Part shown: piece after piece, positions 12,542-26,405 of the stretch | How positions within the stretch are numbered: the stretch's first letter is position 1 | Layout of the letters: each line of letters begins with the position of its first letter | Source: Mobula hypostoma | Lineage: Eukaryota | Direction of reading: 5' to 3' | DNA: 64,000 nt | Assembly (NCBI RefSeq): GCF_963921235.1 | Contig: NC_086108.1 | Span: forward strand, 113,090,001 to 113,154,000 | Position numbers and translations under genes: made by a program | Notes under the pieces: model-generated | What the model saw: the letters and a program-made list of their open reading frames with translations, nothing else | Databases searched by the model: none | Told to the model about the DNA's origin: nothing

Positions 12542-15500
12542 CGGCTATATCTGATCTTCAAAAATCCACGCAACAAAGTGAGCTTAAGATGGAGAAAATC
12601 GAAGAAACAATTAATGTAATGAAGAAGAAACTCGACTTTCTGACCTTTAAAAACTCTGACTTAGAATCTAGAATGCGACGGCAGAATCTTCGAATGATTG
12701 GGGTGCGTGAAGCTGTTGAATCCGATAACCCTATGAAGTATTTTTCTCAACTTTTAAAAGATGCATTTCCTACTGTATTTCCTGACCAACCACCGTATTG
12801 GATCGTGTTCACAGAGTTCCATCATATTCGCCTAGGTCAGATAGACCTCGACATGTTATTTTATGGTTTCATTACTTTCAAGACAAGGAGAAACTGTTTC
12901 GATTCGTTCGATCTAAGGGTTTCATTGATTTTCTGGATCTTAAATTCCGATTCGTGGAAGATTTCAGTAAACCAATCCGGGATCAACGGGTTCGTTACAG
13001 ATCTGTGATGTCGGAACTCTACAAGATGGATTTAAGACCTGCGCTTCTTTACCCTGCACGTCTAAGGATTCGTACGCCAGATGGAGCCCTCTGTTTTTTT
13101 GACTCTCCATCGGATGCCCAGAGTTATTTGGATCAATTTTCACCATCGACATCTTCATTGTAATTTTTTAACTATCTCCGCTGATCGGAGGCTGTGAATT
13201 TGTTGGTTTTAATTTTTTTTTTGCCTTATATGGGCAGAAAAGTTTATTTTTGATTACTTAATATGGTTGCTAAACTTTCTTTTTAACTGCGTCATTTCTT
13301 TCTTTTTCCCAGGGGATTCTGGGTGGTTACTTCCTTATTGTCATCTTACGTATTTCCTTTGCGGCCTTAAATTTTGTAGTTTTTTTTAAATCTATTTTGT
13401 TTTGTAGGTTTTTATAACTAGTTTAGGTTAATAATCTTATTTCTTTTTTGTTGTTTTGCTTATTCATGGGTCTGGTGTTTATTGCGGTTTTTTTTCATAT
13501 ATTTTCTGGCTTTTATTTTGGTATGTGTTTATTTTAATTGAGTTATCTTCTTTTATTCTTTTACTGTTTTATAATCAGCTGATCTTTTTTATATTTACAC
13601 TTTTTTTAGGGAGCGTATACCGGAAGTCATGGGGGTAGTTTTAGGGCTTGCTTCTTTTGGGCTGGTCTGCGTTAGACTTAGCTTTCGGGACATGGGGTGG
13701 GGGGTGGTGGGAGGGGCTTCACTTTTTAGTTTCTTTCTTCTTGGGCTATATACATTATTGAAGTATGGGTTGCGTTCTTCTTCCCGGTATCTCTTGTATG
13801 TTCTGTTCCCTTTCTGGGTTCGTGGGTCGAGCCTATTGTCAATCCTCCTTGTTGTGGGTTGACCTTAGGGTTTATGGAGTCTATTATTAATTTTGTCTCC
13901 TGGAATACTAATGGTCTTAATCATCCTATTAAAAGGAAAAAAGTTTTTAAAGTGTTTCAGAGACTTAAAGCACAAATTTTATTTTTACAAGAGACCCATG
14001 TGCGGAGGGGGGACAGACTACGTTTTTTTAAATTCTGGAAGGAACAACAGTTTCATTCGAACTCCAATGCTAAGATTCGAGGTGTCTCTATTTTTATAGA
14101 CTCCTCGGTTACTTTTATACAACATGATATTATTTCTGATCCGAATGGTAGATTTCTATTGGTTAGTGGTTTACTATTTAATAAAAAAGTAGTTTTGGTT
14201 AATGTTTATGCTCCTAATATGGATTGCCCGGAATTTTATAAATCATTATTTAATCAGTTTCCGAATTTGAATGAGTTTTCATTGATCTGGGGCGGAGATC
14301 TTAATACCTGTTTGTCTCCGGCTTTGGACCGTTCGGCTCCTTTACGGACCTTACCTAATAAATCTGCAACTTTGATTAACTCATTTCTTTCTGATTCTGG
14401 GTCGACGGACATTTGGCGCTTTTTGCATCCTCAGGAAAAAGATTTTTCTTTTTTTTCACATGTTCATCATTCCTATTCAAGAATTGATTATTTCTTTATT
14501 GATTCTCGTCTTATTCCCTCAGTGATTAAATGTGATTATGATTCTATAACCATTTCGGATCATGCTCCACTTAAGCTTTCTATTAAAATTCTGGCCAATA
14601 TACAAAATAATAGACAATGGCGTTTTAATTTGCTGTTGCTTCAAGACTCGGGCTTTGTTAACTTTATGAATGAACAGATTGATCTTTTTTTTACAATTAA
14701 CTATACAGAGGATATTTCTGTTAACATTCTTTGGGATACTTTTAAAGCTTATATTCGTGGTCAGATTATCTCGTATTCTGCTGCTTTGAGGAAGAAGCAG
14801 AAGCAGCAGGAGTTGGTACTTGTGGACAAGATTAAGGAAATTGATAAGAAATATGTTATAGCTCCTTCTGAGGAGTTATATAAACAAAGAACTGAACTTC
14901 AAATGGAACACAGTTTATTACTCTCGTCCTCGATTGTAAACCAATTAGAGAAAACAAGAAGTGAATTTTATGTACACAGTGACAAAATTGGTAAACTGTT
15001 GGCTAATCAATTGAAGTCTAATTATGCTAAATCTCAAATTAATCAGATTTATAACCAAAATGATCGACTAATATTTGATCATGTGGGGATTAATCAAACC
15101 TTCTGTGATTTTTACTCTTCCTTATATCAATCAGAGTCTCCTCGAGATTCTAAATATATGAATGATTTTTTAGATAATTTAGACTTCCCTGAGATTTCAC
15201 AGGATATGGCTTCTATGTTAGATACTCCCATTACCATGGATGAGATTAAGAATGTTATTTTCTCTATGAATTTGGGGAAGGCTCCTGGCCCTGATGGGGT
15301 TACCGTAGAATTTTATAAATGTTTTGCTCCTTCATTAATCCCTTGGCTCTGTAGGGTTTTTGAGGCTTCATCGAAACTTGGTAAACTTCCTGAATCTTTT
15401 AATAGAGCGTCAATTTCTCTAATATTAAAGAAGGATAAAGATCCTGCTCAATGTACATCTTATAGACCAATATCTTTATTAAATGTTGATTCTAAAGTTT

Positions 15501-17992
15501 TTTCTAAGTTATTAGCAAATAGATTAGAAAAAGTACTTCCTTCTATTATTTCGGAAGACCAAACGGGTTTTATTAAAGGTCGTTACTCTTTTTATAATAT
15601 TCGTACACTGTTAAATATCGTCTATACTCCCTCACAAAATGTTCCTGAGTGTGTTATCTCTTTAGATGCCGAGAAAGCTTTTGATAGAGTAGAATGCCTT
15701 ATTTATTTAAGGTGCTTGAAAGGTTTAATTTCAGCTTGAAATTTATATCCTGGATTAAACTGTTATATCATTCTCCTGTGGCCTCGGTCCGTACTAACTC
15801 TTTAAGTTCACCTTTTTTCTCTCTTTTTCGAGGTACTCGACAAGGCTGTCCTCTTAGTCCCTTATTATTTGATATTGCATTAGAACCTCTTGCAATTGCC
15901 ATTCGGGAATCTCCAAATATTACTGGGATAACTCGGGGCTTAAAGTCCCATAAGTTATCACTCTATGCTGATGATTTACTTTTATATATTTCTAATCCTC
16001 AAAAATCCATCCCGGCTGTTTTAGAGTTATTAGCACAATTTGGTCTTTTTTCAGGTTATAAATTAAATCTTAGTAAGAGTGAACTCTTTCCGATTAATAA
16101 ACAACTTCCCTTATATTATAAATTTCCATTTAAATTGATTAATAATTATTTTTCATATCTTGGGATTAAAATTACTTGTAAATACAAAGATTTATTTAAG
16201 ACTAACTTTTTACCATTAATAGACCATATTACTCAACTTTCATCTAAATGGCTTCCTTTATATTTAACTTTGATTGGTCGTATTAACGCAGTTAAGATGT
16301 TTTTTTTGCCAAAATTTTTATATATATTTCAGGCATTACCAATCTTTGTTCCAAAATCTTTTTTTGACAAAGTTGACTCTAAAATTTCTTCATTTATTTG
16401 GCAGAATAAAAACCCGAGATTGGGTAAGATACATTTACAGAAAGCTAAGAGAGATGGAGGCTTAGCATTACCTAACTTTAGATTTTATTATTGGGCAATT
16501 AATATTCGACATATGAAATTCTGGTTACTGGACCAGGATATACTATCCATTCCTAAATGGGTAGCATTGGAATTACAATCTGTTCAGGGTTTTACACTTG
16601 GTTCTATTTTAGGTTCCTCTCTTCCTTTTGATTGGAAACGCCTTAAACAGGTGTCTAACCCAATAGTTAAATATACCTTGCGTATTTGGTTTCAATTCAG
16701 AAAATTTTTTGATCTTAATCAATTTGAGTTAGCGATTCCTATTTTAGGTAACATATTTTTTCCTCCCTCTTTTACGGATCGTGCTTTTCAAATTTGGAAG
16801 ACTAAGGGTATTTCACGGTTTTTGGATTTATTTTTAGATGGTTCCCTTATGTCTTTTGAACAATTATCTAATAAATATAATTTATCAAGAATACATTTTT
16901 TTAGATATTTACAAGTTAGAAATTTCCTAAGTACTATACTTTCTTCCTTTCCAATGCTTCCTCCTACATACATTTTAGATACTATAATCAACCTTAATCC
17001 ATGTCAGAAAGGTGCATCGGCTATGATTTATAATATTATTATGAAACTTAGGAAAGCTCCATTTGATAAGATTAGGGTAGATTGGGAACAGGAATTGGGG
17101 TTTACCATTTCTGTGGATGACTGGGGGCAGATTTTACAATTAGTCAATACTTCCTCTATCTGTGCTAAACATTCCCTAATTCAATTTAAAGTTGTTCATA
17201 GAGCACATATGTCCAAAGATAAATTAGCGCGCTTTTATTCTCATATTAATCCTTTTTGTGATAGATGTCCGGGGCAGATAGCCTCTTTAACTCATATGTT
17301 TTGGTCTTGCCCTACTTTGGAAACTTTTTGGAGAGACATTTTTAATATTATCTCCAAGGTATTGAATATAGATATCTCTCCTCACCCTATTACTGCTATC
17401 TTTGGACTATCTAAGATTTCCAGTAATCTCTCCCCTTCAGCCCGTAGAATGATTGCATTTCTTACTTTAATGGCGAAAAGATGTATCTTACAACATTGGA
17501 AAGAGCTTAATGCTCCAACTACCTTTTTTTGGTTTTCTCAGACGATGTTATGCTTGAACTTGGAGAAAATTAGAAGCAATCTTTATGACTCCTCATTTAA
17601 ATTTGAACAGACTTGGAGATCTTTTATTCAATATTTTCATTTAATGTAATATATACCCTTCTTGTTTTTTTCACTGTTTTTAATGGAGGTCGGGATTGAG
17701 GACGTGATTTTAAGTTTAACTCTGTTTGGTTTCAAGTTAGCCCATTGCTTTGCTTTGCTTTTAGTTAGTTGCACGGTGGGTTTTTATTGGGGTTTTTTTT
17801 TCTTTTTCTCCTTTGATATATATATAAAATTAGTATACTATTATGTTACCTTGGTATGTTATGTTTAAATTACATTGTTTGTAGTATTTTTTTTGTATTG
17901 ATATCTTCTGTAATTTTATTATATTCTAACAATGTATTAGTGTCTATATGGCTTACTTTTTTGTATACTTATTTAATAAAAAGATTTAAAAA
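12542..17992 (+). mobile_element. 5'-truncated L1 (copy 1) of the same family, inserted into a CR1
   Basis: 15-bp TSD gaaaacttggttcag at 12527-12541 and 17993-18007. Begins mid-ORF1 and is collinear with copy 2. Single-base frameshifts at about 12796 (ORF1) and 15696 (ORF2). Confidence 0.95.
13874..17649 (+). pseudogene. L1 ORF2 of copy 1, split by one 1-bp deletion
   Basis: ORF-track pieces 13859-15739 and 15694-17649 join into EN-RT-Cys. agaatgcctt here versus agaatggcctt in copy 2. Confidence 0.9.
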
Positions 17993-20087
17993 GAAAACTT
18001 GGTTCAGAAAAAGAGAAGGATCTACAATAAATATAGGCAGCTTGGAGTTAATGAGGTGCTTGAGGAATATAAAGAATGTAAAAGGAATCTTAAGAAAAAA
18101 AATTAGAAAAGCTAATAGAAGATATGAGGCTGCTTTGGCAAGTAAGGTGAAAATAAATCCAAAGGGTTTCTGCAGTTATATTAATAGCAAAAGAATAGTG
18201 AGGGATAAAATTGGTCCCTTAGAGAATCTGTGTGGACGGCTAAAGAGACGGGGGAGATTTTGAACAATTTCTTTTCTTCCATATTCACTAAGGAGAAGGA
18301 TATTGAATTGTGTAAGGAAAGGGAAACAAGTAGGGTAGTTATGGAAACTATGATGATTAAAGAAGAGGAAGTACTGGCGCTTTTAAGGAATATAAAAGTG
18401 GATAAGTCTCCGGGTCCAGACAGGATATTCCCTAGGACCTTGAGGGAAGCTAGTGTGTTAATAGCAGGGGCTCTGACAGAAATATTTCAAATGTCATTAG
18501 AAATGGGGATGGTGCCAGAGGATTGGCGTATTGCTCATGTTGTTCCATTGTTTAAAAAAGGTTTTAAGAGTAAACCTAGCAATTATCGGCCTGTGTCTTT
18601 GATGTCAGTGGTGGGTAAATTGATTGAAAACATTCTTAGAGATGGTATATATAATTATTTGGATAGACAGGGTCTGATTAGGAACAGTCAACATGGATTT
18701 GTGCGTGGAAGGTCATGTTTGACAAATCTTATTGAATTTTTCGATGAGGTTACTAGGAAAGTTGACAAGGGTAAAGCGGTGGATGTTGTCTATATGGACT
18801 TCAGTAAGGCCTTTGACAAGGTTCCACACGGAAGGTTAGTTAGGAAAGTTCAATCGTTAGGGATTAATATTGAAGTAGTGAAATGGATTCAGCAGTGGCT
18901 GGATGGGAGACGCCAGAGAGTAGTGGTGTTTAACTGTGTGTCATTTTGGAGGACGGTGTCTAGTGGTGTGCCTCAGGGATCTGTACTGGGTCTGATGGTG
19001 ATTGTCATATATATTAATGATCTGGATGATGGGGTGGTAAATTGGATGAGTAAATATGCAGATGATACTAAGATAGGTGGAGCTGTGGATAATGAAGTAG
19101 GTTTTCAAAGCTTGCAGAGAGATTTAGATCACTCAGAAGAATGGGCTGAAAGATGGCAGATGGAGTTTAATGCTGATAAATGTGAGGTGCTACATTTTGG
19201 TAGGACTAATCAAAATAGGACATACATGGTAAATGGTAGGGCATTGAAGAATGCAGTAGAACAGAGGGATCTAGGAATAATGGTGCATAGTTCCCTAAAG
19301 GTGGAATCTCATGTGGATAGGGTGGTCACAGCATTGAGTATAGGAGTTGGGATGTAATGTTGAAATTGTACAAGGTATTGGTAAGGCCAAATTTGGAGTA
19401 TTGTGTACAGTTCTGGTCACTGAATTATAGGAAAGATGTTAATAAAATTGAGAGAGTACAGAGGAGATTTACTAGAATGTCACCTGGGTTTCATCTCCTA
19501 AGTTACAGAGAAAGGTTGAACAAGTTGGGTCTTTATTCTCTGGAGCGTAGAAGGTTGAAGGGGGACTTGATAGAGGTATTTAAAATTATGAGGTGGATAG
19601 ATAGAGTTGACGTGGATAGGCTTTTTCCATTGAGAGTGGGGGAGATTCAAACAAGAGGACATGAGTTGAGAGTTAAAGGGCAAAAGTTTAGGGATAACAT
19701 GAGGGGGAACTTCTTTACTCAGAGAGTGGTAGCTGTGGGGAACGAGCTTCCAGCAGAAGTGGTTGAGGTAGGTTCAATGTTGTCATTTAAAGTTAAATTG
19801 GATAGATATATGGACAGGAAAGGAATGAAGGGTATACGGGCTGAGTGCAGGTCGGTGGGACTAGGTGAGAGTAAGAGTTCGGCACGGACTAGAAGGGCAG
19901 AGGTTATATGGTTATATTGTTACCAGGCTCCAGGGAGAGGGGTGGAGAATGGAATTGCGGAGCTAGCAGAGAGTCTGTGGGCCTCGTGGAGCCCTCTGAG
20001 CCACAGTGACGACAGAACATAAGGAGAAACACCAAGTGGTGACCTTGTCAAACCTGTACAGTTGCATGTCTCTGACGTACAGCTTAC

Positions 20088-20141
20088 CATGGCACCCTTC
20101 TCCCCGGCTGGGCCCAAAGGACCTGGATCGCCACGATCACC
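20088..20141 (-). CDS. COL24A1: Collagen exon GDRGDPGPLGPAGEKGAM
   Basis: 54 bp, ggcag|GGT...ATG|gtaagc. GPLGPxGEKGxM as recalled for COL24A1. Confidence 0.88.
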
Positions 20142-21745
20142 CTGCCGTGGAAGGAAGGGACATGTTAAACACTAGCTGACCAAGTAGGGAGTGGCACCAT
20201 ACCATATTTATTGGCCCCCTGTCAGTCGGGGTCCACCACAGATGTTGCGTCGTAGCTGTTTAACATGCAGGACAGGCCAGTACGATATGGACAGCAAGCT
20301 GTTGCCCATGTAGTAGCAGGCCCCACTCTCCATGCAGCTAATGAACTCAAAGGAACGGCAGAGACCAATATAGTGTGGGACCAGTGGTGTCACAAAAGTT
20401 GCCTATCAGTGTTGAACTTAATGTAGGACTGCCTTAGGGATTCCAGCTCCAAGTATTTCCTTGGGGTTTACTCCCAAAGCTTTCCCCATGGGTGGGTACA
20501 GCTGCAAGGCAGCAGAGGTGTGAGATCAGAGTTTTCCTTCTCGATGATCTGCCAACCACAGCTGATGAGCCCCATCTGCCCAGAGCGACTGGTTTTAAGG
20601 TGTCAGTAACTCGCCTTTGCCCCTTGTACTTCTCCCACATTACTAAGGTGCACAAGTTGGTAAGTTAATTGGTCACATGGGTGTGAGCAGGCAGCACGGG
20701 CTCGTTGGGCCGGAGGAACTGGTTACTCTGCTGTATTGAACATAGAACATAGAATAGTACAGCACAGTACAGGCCCTTTGGCCCACACATTGTGCCGACC
20801 CTCTAACCCTGCCTCCCATATAACCCCCCCACCTTAAATTCCTCCATATCTCTAAATTACAATTATAAAAATAAAATGTCTCAAAATCCCTCTGTTACTC
20901 TCCCAGAAGCACTCTTGGCATCTTCCCCCTTTTTTTCCAATCCTGATGAATGTCGAATGCTTGTTCTTTTCCATAGATGCTGCCTGACCTGCTGAGTTCC
21001 TCCAGCATTCTGCGTGCATTGCTCTGAGTTTCCAGCTCTGCAGAATACTGAGGCTGTGTTCATGGGTTCATTATTGTCCATTCAGAAATCTAATGGCAGA
21101 GTGACAAAGCTGTTACTGAAACATTGAGTGTGTGTCTTCAGACTTCTCTAACTCCTCCTTGATGGTAGCAATGAGAAGAGGGCGTGTCCTGGATGCGAAG
21201 GGTCCTTAGTGTTGGATGCCTTCTGCCTGGGGCACCTCTTTTTAAAGGTGTCCTGGAAGGTGGGGAGGTTTGTGAAGTGGCTGAGTCTGTAGCTTTTTCT
21301 GATCCTGTGCATTGGAACTTCCATACCAGACGGTGATGCAACCAGTCCGAATGATCTTCTGTAGAAATTCGCTAGACCTTTGGTATTTCACCATGAGTTC
21401 TGGGGATATTTCTTCATCAGTGGCATGTTGTGCTCATCACCCAGGATGTACCCTCTTCCCATTGCTGCCATCAAGGAGAAGGTACAGGAGCTTGAAGACA
21501 TATACACAACATTACAGGAACAGCTTCTTCCTCTCCGGCGTCAGATTTCTGAATGGACAACGAACTGATGTACAGTATCTTGCTATTTTGCTCTCCTTTT
21601 GCATTACTTAATTTTAAAAATATATTTCTTTCTGCAACTTACAGTAATTTTTTAAGTGTTGCACTGTACTGCTGCCACAAAACCACAGATTTCATGACAT
21701 ACGTCAGTGATTCTGGCAGTCTTCACCATAATATGAAAAGTTTAC

Positions 21746-21799
21746 CTTTTCACCGAGAATCCCACGGGGCCCCCGTGGTCCTGGCAAACCAGCAGGACC
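21746..21799 (-). CDS. COL24A1: Collagen exon GPAGLPGPRGPRGILGEK
   Basis: 54 bp, ttcacag|GGT...AAG|gtaaac. Confidence 0.88.
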
Positions 21800-21869
21800 C
21801 TGTGAACAGACAGAAAAATCAGTAAATTAAGATTACAGTGTTTATGGGGAGAAATTAAACGTAGAACAT

Positions 21870-23340
21870 CAAACTGTACAGCCCTTCAGCCTGCAATGTT
21901 GTGCTAACCCTTTAACCTACTCTAAGGTCAATCTAACCCTTCCCTCCTACATAGTCCTCCATTGTTCTATCATCCTTGTGCCTTTCTAAGAGTACCTTCA
22001 AGACCCCTAACATATATGCCTCTACCATCGCCCCTGGCAACGCATTCCATGCAACCACAACTCTCTGTGTAAAAAAATCTACCTCTAACACCCCCTTATA
22101 CTTACATCCAATCTCTTTAAAATTATGTCCCCTTGTATTACCCATTTCCACACAGGGAAAAGTTCTCTGGTTGTCTACTCTATCTAGTATATCATCTTGC
22201 ACATCTTCATCAATCACCTCTCATCCTCCTTCACTCTGCAGAGAAAAGCCTCACCTCACTCAGCCTTTTCACATAAGACATGCTCTCTAATCCAGGCAGC
22301 ATCCTGGTGAATCTCCTCTGCACCCTCTCTAATCCAGGCAGCATCCTGGTGAATCTCCTCTGCACCCTCTCTAATCCAGGCAGCATCCTGGTGAATCTCC
22401 TCTGCATCCTCTCTAATCCAGGCAGCATCCTGGTAAATCTCCTCTGCACCCTCTCTAATCCAGGCAGCATCCTGGTACATCTCCTCTGCACCCTCTCTAA
22501 TCCAGGCAGCATCCTGGTAAATCTCCTCTGCACCCTCTCTAATCCAGGCAGCATCCTGGTACATCTCCTCTGCACCCTCTCTAATCCAGGCATCATCCTG
22601 GTGAATCTCCTCTGCACCCTCTCTAATTCAGGCAGCATCCTGGTAAATCTCCTCTGCACCCTCTCTAATCCAGGCAGCATCCTGGTACACCTCCTCTGCA
22701 TCCTCTCTAATCCAGGCAGCATCCTGGTGAATCTCCTCTGCACCCTCTCTAATCCAGGCAGCATCCTGGTACATCTCCTCTGCACCCTCTCTAATCCAGG
22801 CAGCATCCTGGTACATCTCCTAGCACCCTCTCTAATCCAGGCAGCATCCTGGTGAATCTCCTCTGCATGCTCTCTAATCCAGGCAGCATCCTGGTACATC
22901 TCCTCTGCACCCTCTCTAATCCAGGCAGCATCCTGGTACATCTCCTCTGCACCCTCTCTAATCCAGGCAGCATCCTGGTGGATCTCCTCTGCACCCTCTC
23001 TAATCCAGGCAGCATTTTGGTAAATCTCCTCTGCACCCTCTCTAATCCAGGCAGCATCTTGGTGAATCTCCTCTGCACCCTCTCTAATCCAGGCAGCATC
23101 TTGGTGAATCTCCCCTGCACCCTCTCTAATCCAGGCATCATCCTGGTACACCTCCTCTGCATCCTCTCTAATCCAGGCAGCATCCTGGTGAATCTCCTCT
23201 GCACCCTCTCTAATCCAGGCAGCATCCTGGTACATCTCCTCTGCACCCTCTCTAATCCAGGCAGCATCCTGGTGAATCTCCTCTGCACCCCCTCTAAAGC
23301 TTCCACATCCTTCCTACAGTGAGGTGACCAGAACTGAATA
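21870..23340 (-). mobile_element. CR1 3' fragment carrying the 39-bp array
   Basis: ALEGVQRRFTRMLPG upstream of the array; TRGHNFK and FFTQRVV downstream. Confidence 0.85.
22283..23297 (-). repeat. 39-bp CR1-derived minisatellite, about 26 copies
   Basis: Unit ctctctaatccaggcagcatcctggtgaatctcctctgcacc-type; minus strand encodes LERVQRRFTRMLPG of CR1 ORF2. Confidence 0.96.
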
Positions 23341-24759
23341 GAGCTGACAGGAGGAGCTTGTTTCGATTCTGATTGAGATGGTGCCGGACTTCACCTTAAC
23401 ACCACGCATTTACCTCAGCCCCCGTTAAATCAAGTGAGGATCTCCTGTGCTCTGTGCAGGTGGAGGTGGAGGTGTCCAGGAACGTTAACTGTGCCTCAGT
23501 GTTGCAGTACTGCCCCCCACCTGAGTAACCCTGGCACCATCTCCCTACCAGGCATGGTCTCTCCACACTTTCCCACCTTCTCTGAAACTCATCACCCTCG
23601 CGTCTTCCTCCTGTCCCAGTTCTGATGAAGGGTTGTTGACCTGAATGTTAACTGTTTCTCTTTCCCAAAGCTGTCATGACACAGAAGGAGGCTGTTTGGC
23701 CCATCAAGTCCCTACCAGCTCACAGAGCCATCCCACACCACCCACTATTTCTGGGACCTCTTTCCTCTCAACTCCCTGACAATTCCTACTCATTCTCCTA
23801 CTTACAAAAGTAACAATTTAAGATGGTGTATTAACTCACTGACCTGCAGACTTCGGATGTGGGAGGAAATCCATGTGGCCATAGAGAGAATGTGCAAACT
23901 CACACACAAACTCACAAAATTATCAGAAGCCGGGAAGCAGTGACTGGATGATTTTCCAACCACAGAATGGTTGTAAGGCAGGAGGAGGCCATTCAGCCCA
24001 TTACATCTGTTTCAGTTCTCAGTCAACTATCTAATTCCAAATGCCAGAACGTTCTCCTAATGCTAAACTTACACCTGCCAATTTTTCTCCTGTATATATT
24101 TATTCCAAATGCAAAACCCTGCTGGAATTCTCTGAGTGGTCTGGTAGTCCCTGAGGGGGAAACTTCTTCTCTGAGTGTGGTGAGAGTGTGGAATGAGCGG
24201 CTGGTGGAAGTGATGGAGGCGGGTTTGATTGCAATGCTAAAGAGAAGTTTGGATAGGTACATGGATGGGAGGGGTACAGAAGGCTTTGGCCCATGTGACT
24301 TCCTCATCAGGAGACCACAGTCAGTGCAGATCAGTAACATCTCCTCCTCACTGACAGTCAACACTGGTACACCTCAAGGACGTGTGCTTAGTCCACCACT
24401 CTACTTTCACTACACCGATGACCGTGTGCCTAGACACAGCTCAAGCATCATCTATAAACTGGCCGATGAGACATCGAGGAGGTGTACTGGAGTGAGATCA
24501 ATCAGCTGGTTGAGTGGTGTTGCAACAACCACCTTATACTCAGCGTCAGTAAGAACAAGGAATTGATTGTGGACTTCAGGAAGAGGAAGTCGAGGGAGCA
24601 CACACCAGTCCTCATCGAGCGATCAGCAGTGGAAAGGGTGAGCAGTTTTTAAATTCCTGGGTGTCAACAGCTCTGAAGATCTACTCTGGGCCAAACATAT
24701 TGATGCAATCACTATAAAGCACCAAAGATAGGCATCAACTACAGATTGGTGACCTAAAT

Positions 24760-26200
24760 GGGGAGCAAATTCAGAGAACAGAGATGCATAGGGACTTGGA
24801 AATCCTCATGCAGAATTCCCTGAAGGTTAATTTGCAGGCCAAGTCAGTGGTGAGGAAGGCAAATGCAATGTTAGCATTCACTTTGAGAGTACGAGAATAT
24901 AACAGCAAGGATGTAATGCTGAGGCTTTATAAGGCACTGGTCAGACTAAATTTGGAGTATTGTGAGCAGTTTGGGGTTCCATATCTGTAAGAGAATGTGC
25001 TGGCATTGGAGAGGGTCCAGAGGAGATCCATGAGAATAATAACAGGAATGAAAGGGTTAACGTATGAGGAGTGTTTGATAGCTCTAGGACTGCACTCGTT
25101 GGAGTTTAGAAGAAAGAGAGGGGGATCTCATTGAAATCTGTTGAATGGCTTCTTCCCTGAGGCTGTGACCCTGCTGAACCTCTCATTACAGCGCTAAGCA
25201 GTATTGCATCCATATTGTACTGTCCCAGTACTTTTTATATTTGTGTGCTGTAGCACTTTTTTTAATTCGCAGTTATTTTGTAAGTAACACTATTCTTTGT
25301 ATTTCTGGTCAGATGCTAAATGCATTTCATTGGCTTTGAATCTGTACTCGGCACAATGATAATAAAGTTGAATCTAATCTAATCTAATATTGTAAGGCCG
25401 AGAAAGAATGGAGGAGGAGAGGCTGTTTCCTATAGTGAGGGAGTCTAGAACCAGAGGACACATCCTCAGAATAGAGGGATGCCCCTTCAGAACAGAGATG
25501 AGGAGGAATTTCTTTCACAAGAGGGTGGTGAATCTGTGGAATCCATTGCCACATTTGGCTGTGGAGACTAAATTATGGGGTATCTTTAAAGTGGAATTTG
25601 ATATATTCTTGACAATTTGCATTTCAAAAAGGTTTTAGAACATAGAAGAGTACAGCACAGAAACAGGCCCTTTGGCCCACAATGTTGTGCCGCACCAATT
25701 AAATTAGTAATCAAATGGCCAACTAACTTAATCACTTCTGCCTACACAATGTCCATATCCTTCCATTTTCCTCACATTCTATCTAAATGCCTATCTAAAT
25801 GTCTCTTGAAAGTTTCTAATGTATCACCACCCCAGGCAGCATATTCTAGGCACCCACCAGCTCCGTGTAAAAAAAACTTACCCATTACATCTCCTTTGAA
25901 ATTACCCCCTATCACCTGAAATGCATCTCCTCTGGAATTAGACATTTCAACCCTGGGAAAAAGATATTGTCTGTCCACTCTATCTATGCCTCTCATAATC
26001 TTATAAACCTCCCCTCACCCTCTGCCACTCCAGAGAAAACAACCCGGGTTTGTCCAACCTCTCATTACAGCTCATGCCCTCTAATCCAGGCAGCATTCTG
26101 GTAAACTTCTTTTACACCCTCTCCAAATCCTTGACATCCTCCCTGTAGTGGGGAGATCAGAACTGTATGCAATAGTCCAGATGCGGCCTCACTAGAGTTT
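24760..26200. mobile_element. Cluster of CR1 3' fragments (+ 24760-25620 with a nested (ATCTA)n-tailed LINE end at about 25146-25388; - 25640-26200)
   Basis: CR1 C-terminal translations in ORFs 24784-24990, 25408-25638 and 25772-25996. Confidence 0.75.
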
Positions 26201-26360
26201 TAAGGAAACTCTTTGACAAGATTGCCTGCCCCCCATTCTTTTTCCCAGCAACTGTTCAGTTTACAAAGTTCGAAGCTTAAACTTAAGTCAAAATCTAAAT
26301 GCGCTCTCCCCACCGAAATTTCACAGACTGACACTGAGCAGGAAAAAATTCTAAACCTAC

Positions 26361-26405
26361 CAGCTCTCCAATCTTGCCAATGTTTCCCAGATCTCCTTGC
26401 TCCCC
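26361..26405 (-). CDS. COL24A1: Collagen exon GEQGDLGNIGKIGEL
   Basis: 45 bp, cccaaag|GGG...CTG|gtaggt. GNIGKIGE matches my recollection of mammalian COL24A1 rather than COL27A1. Confidence 0.87.

Larger units (their letters stand above)
10855..19915 (+). mobile_element. Near-complete decayed CR1 LINE, interrupted by L1 copy 1
   Basis: ORF1 SGNH/GDSL esterase motifs (VVIGD, HIGTND, DGLHLN) at 10859-11457. EN (YYRPP, VGDFN). RT at 18230-19357 (YRPVSL, DFSKAFD, VPQGS, YADD). C-terminal LERVQRRF/TRGH and a gttatat tail. Confidence 0.92.

Noticed and set aside
20205..20635. Probable interspersed repeat with ctgatga-like words
   Set aside because: Could not assign a family, and no GAAA core or stems for a hammerhead.
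22231..23322. Repetitive ORFs up to 334 aa on both strands
   Set aside because: By-products of the 39-bp CR1-derived array.
24100..24155. Possible extra collagen exon (ctcag|GGACTACCA on minus strand)
   Set aside because: Gly-X-Y breaks after one triplet (GLPDHS), and the neighbouring exons already join without a gap.
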